Below, one piece after another: positions 59,927 to 64,000 of a stretch of 64,000 nt of DNA. Made by a program: the position numbers and the translations under genes. The notes under the pieces are model-generated. The model did no database searches. It saw nothing but the letters and a program-made list of their open reading frames with translations, and was not told the DNA's origin. Within the stretch, counting starts at the first letter, position 1. Every line of letters starts with the position of its first letter. This DNA is from Bugula neritina (lineage: Eukaryota; Animalia; Bryozoa): assembly GCA_964035545.1 (NCBI GenBank), contig OZ037768.1, forward strand, positions 3,256,741 to 3,320,740. Direction: 5' to 3'.

Positions 59927-62755
59927 CTAGTTATTTACAGTGATAGCCCCATTTCTTTTTTCTTTATGATGGGGGCAATATAACTTCTTATGAGCTTCAA
60001 ATGTGGCCATTGATGAGAAGGACGCATTACACGAACAAACGTATGGTTTGAGCGTGTTGATTGGTCGATCGGGTAACACAGGCTGGCGTTCCAGAGCTTT
60101 CATTGGCAAACCGGGGTCCACAATAATGTCAATCGGTTCTCGCTTTATGGATTGGGCTGTAGAGGTATTGCTAGCGGATTTGTTACTTTGGGGCACATTC
60201 ATAGTAGAGTTCTGCAGTGGAGAGGTACAGCTAACGGCGGACACGGATTGGGGGCTTGACGACCCAGCCCGTTCTATGAATAACTCATTCTCCTTACGTC
60301 TTGGAGAAACCTGCGCTGTCACATACTCAGACTTCTGGTAATGTTTCCTTGATCTACGTTTTTTATACGGTTCATTCTTCAGACGAAGTAACTCCTCATC
60401 TACATTGTTATGATAAGGTGCTGCCGTTATGAGAGGCGGCACCGACAACTTGTGTGACGAAGGGGGAAGCTCCAATGAGTCAATGTCATTGTCACTAAAA
60501 TCTGTTCCATCTAACATGTGCTGGCGGCCATGTTGTCTCATGCCACGCAGTGTGTTGCCTAGGTAACCACACAACCTACATTTGTATATCAAATTAGACT
60601 TCTGATGTGTCTCACTGTGCTCGGCCAGTATCCGACTAGATTTAGTAGAGAAGTTACAGAGATCACATCGCAGTGAGGGTGGGGAGGGAGGAGGCACCGC
60701 ACACTGATGCGCTGTGAAAGTCTCTATAGTCCTGTAACTTGTGCTGCACTTGTTGCAGGTGTATGTAATAACAAGGCGGTCATCTGCTGACGCTGCCGTG
60801 GCGGCTGGAGGCACGGGTGGTGAGGGCTGCTCAGCAGGGACAGGTTTACTCGGCAGCTCGTTCTCTCGACTTAGATTGTTGGCAGGTCGGCGAGAGCAGT
60901 AGTGTACTTTGTGTGCTTCATACACATCCTTCTTATAGAAGGGAATGCTGCACCTTTCACATCTAATAGCAAACAATAACAATCAGTATCATGGAATGTA
61001 AAGCTTAAAATAAATTTGCAAAATGAATAGAAAGGAGTCTGAAAGGTATCATGTTACAAACAGTCATAAACTTCCTAGACAGAAGTAGGAACTATTTATA
61101 CATTTGGCCTCACAAGCTCTCTTTTCTTTAAAGTTTTACTTTCATGGGGAGAAGACATCAATTGTTTTCATAAAAATCTGTTGAAAGGACAACTCCCTCT
61201 AAGCTCATACTAACATTAAAATATCATGTAATCTATTTATAGGATACAGTGCTTGTAAGTTACTAACGCTAACCCTTCTAAACATTGCAGGCTATTATTT
61301 ACCCCTCTCCCCATAGTTGAAAGCGATAAAACTAAAGTTCCTAAGTGTACCTGTAAATTTGTCTCTCAGGTTTGAGTGGGCCGCCATTGGCTGGTCTAGA
61401 CAGCATCTGTACGCCAGACGGTAAGGGAGAGGAAGGTTCAGAAAACGCTTTGCTGCTTTTGGCCGGAGGTGAGGCTAGTTCACCAATACTGTCAGACTTT
61501 CGCTTGTTAGTGGGACTCAGAGCGCTGCCTTCTTCCACCTTCACACTGAGGTCTAGCGGAGTGTCTTCTCGGACTGGTCGAGTCACACTTGTGGCTGGGT
61601 GGGGGGTGGCTAGGGGCACCCCTCCATTCAACTGAAACACACATAGAACTTACAGCTACACGACTAGAAATGGTGTGGAGAACTTGCTGGAAATAGGAAT
61701 GACCTCATTATGTTTACTAATGTATAGAATAGCATAGATGATTCAAGATGGCAACATATATGTACCAGTGATGTGTTAGCACTTGTTATTTTATTGTATT
61801 ATCTCAATTATCATGCTGAGCATAATCAGATAAGAATGAGTAATCACAGAGATAAAGTTTGGAGCCATTTGAGATTACAATCTTGTAGTTATGTAGATAG
61901 TGTATCTGTGGAGCATTGTATTCTATGTGTGTATGTAGTGAGGAATGCAGCTATAAATACTTCATAATATTCTAGTGCAAACTTGCTTGTGGAAAGATGT
62001 CTAGTCATCATTATACATAATATAACATAGTATAACATAACTATATAGTATAGTAGAACTATATAGTGTAGTATAGTATAGTACAGTATAGTGTAGTATA
62101 GTGTAGAATAGTATAGTATAGTGTATTGTAGTATAGTATAGTACATTGTAGTATAGTATAGTGTAGTATAGTATAGTGTAGTGTATTGTAGTATAGTGCA
62201 GTGTAGTATAGTATAGTATATTGTAGTGTAGAATAGTATAGTATAGTACAGTATAGTATAGTATAGTGCATTGTAGTATAGTATAGTATAGTGCATTGTA
62301 GTATAGTATAGTATAGTAACTAAAAATATGATACAGGCAAAGCTCCCCTAAATGATAATTTATCTTCGCAGTGGCAAAGGGGAAGAAATTAAAAGATAAT
62401 TTCGTAAATAGCAGCTTCAAAATCAAGTAAGTGGCTGAGGCTTTTAAAAAACTATATTTTGCAAATCAAACACAATTATTCTGGAATGTGAGGAATATAA
62501 GCATATATATATACATTATGATCAACTTTGGGGGAATAATCAACTCACCGATTGCATGGCTTGAGCTAGGTGGGCGGGAGATGTGAACATGTTGAGATGG
62601 GGAGGCATCATGGGAAGGGTAGCCATGGCCGTAGGCAAGCTAAGCATGGATGATAGGGTGAATGGTAGACTGGCAGCAACAGCGGCAGCGGCTTGGGAAG
62701 CAAGGGAGGCATTGAGAGCTTGATTATCAAATACACTAACCTTTTTGTACATGTC
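59927..62755 (-). CDS. ZFPM1: Friend-of-GATA / U-shaped zinc-finger protein, last three exons (5' part beyond or at the window end)
   Basis: FOG-type CCHC fingers (CERC..YEAHKVHYC; CSC..TFEAHKKLYC), a U-shaped-like finger CRLCGYLGNTLRGMRQHGRQH and the CtBP motif PLDLS. Exons at about 62755-62549, 61632-61351 and 60963-59927. The symbol denotes the ZFPM1/2/ush family. Confidence 0.88.
62020..62318. repeat. Degenerate (TAGTA)n pentanucleotide microsatellite
   Basis: Directly visible in a ZFPM intron. Confidence 0.95.
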
Positions 62756-64000
62756 CTAAAAAACATACTTACAAAATTATTATAAACTAACTTTTTTAAA
62801 ACAAACTATACGGCCAAATGCAAAGCTTTGGCACAAACCAGGACTTTCTTTCGAAGCCCAGCTCTATCCTGCATGCTAGTTGGAGGCAGGTGCAGTAATG
62901 GCGGAATTGAGAAAAGCTTGTGTTTAAGATCAGAAAAGTGGCAAAAGAAGTTATGTTCTCGCAAGAATTTCAACCCACGCCCCAAACCAAAATTTATAAA
63001 GAAATTTAAAGAACTTAGGTTATCTCTATTTCTCCACTACTGCTCCTAAATGTGGCAGGTCACCATGGCAGTGATAGCAGCCAACTGCTAGCAGCGTGTA
63101 GTGACATTTGAACAGACACCAGATATTGATACCACCTCGTCAGTTTACAAGGCAATAGTCTCAACTTGCAATCAACTGGCTGATTAAACCATAGATAATG
63201 TTTGAACCATGAAAAGAAACGAAAGAGTGGAGATACTAATCATTAGTGGCACCTTTATCTAAGTATTGGTTTGCCCAACTCAGCTTACAATGTGATACAG
63301 AATCTAATAATCAGAGATATGAAAATATTAGAGTAGTATGTTTGCCAGCCAACGTTTTAAATAGAAAATAATCTTACAAATACATGGCCACAGTTTCTAC
63401 CACATCTTGGCTAAGCATAAGTGTTGCCAACCACTCAGCTATTAAGTTGCAAACTAAAGATTATCTTTTAGATAACGTCAAACCCCACCTTTATTGCCAT
63501 ATTAAAATTAGTTATTCCCTTGTGTTGCTGGCGGCACTTGAGAGATATTTATTAGATGTTGGTATTACAAGATTATCAGATAACATTCGTTGGCTATCCT
63601 ATTTCGTTCCTTGCTACACTCAAACAACTTTGACATACCAACACCTTCTTCAGTTTCAATTTAAAAGCAATTCAATTCTCATTAGTTAAAGACACTTAAT
63701 TAAGTGTTACATTACTAAATTCAATAGACAAGGCACCCTTCACTAATATTATATATTTTATACTAAAATCTTTATATTATCTACACAGCAGCCCAAAACT
63801 CAAAACAATATTTCTATTGAGTTGAGTGAATCTTTATAATAAACCAAAACGCCCTCAAATCAAAATGGAAATTTTATACTAGTATGAAATTCTAAATCCA
63901 AAGTTAATAATGTATTTAAACTTAGCAACCCTGATAGCTTATCTTGCATAGAGTTTGAGAGATAGCAGCTGCTCCACTATCACATTTTTCTATTATAATA

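Noticed and set aside
61889-62426. Tyr-rich (YYTIL)n ORFs
   Set aside because: Artefact of the (TAGTA)n pentamer repeat within a ZFPM intron. The period is 5 and it is not promoter-linked, so it is also not counted among the hexamer tracts.

Overview
AT-rich, intron-containing animal genomic DNA from a compact-genome invertebrate (possibly a lophotrochozoan; the taxon is inferred, not determined). Nine spliced protein-coding genes can be reconstructed by hand from GT-AG exons. In order: an NR2C (TR2/TR4/Hr78-type) nuclear receptor (-, 3' end off-window), a six-finger C2H2 zinc-finger gene (+), CFAP65/CCDC108 (-), a vertebrate-type N-acetylglutamate synthase NAGS (+), DNAJB11/ERdj3 (-), a small secreted six-cysteine peptide gene (+), NUP93 (+), ARL2BP/BART (-) and the 3' part of a FOG/U-shaped (ZFPM) gene (-). 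Several micro- and minisatellites are also present. The most striking unexplained structure is a strand-symmetric, slowly drifting 6-bp/3-bp periodic tract (A[C/G]T roughly every 6 nt) just downstream of the apparent 5' end of seven genes, which I did not see in internal introns. Other oddities: the nuclear-receptor P-box cysteine cannot be recovered by canonical splicing, the NAGS acetyl-CoA glycine loop is degenerate, the zinc-finger protein carries five RxDSLxxYL motifs plus 8-aa repeats, and there is an orphan CHH/ITP-like secreted peptide. Exon coordinates were read manually and may be off by a few bases. Homologue comparisons are from memory, not database searches.
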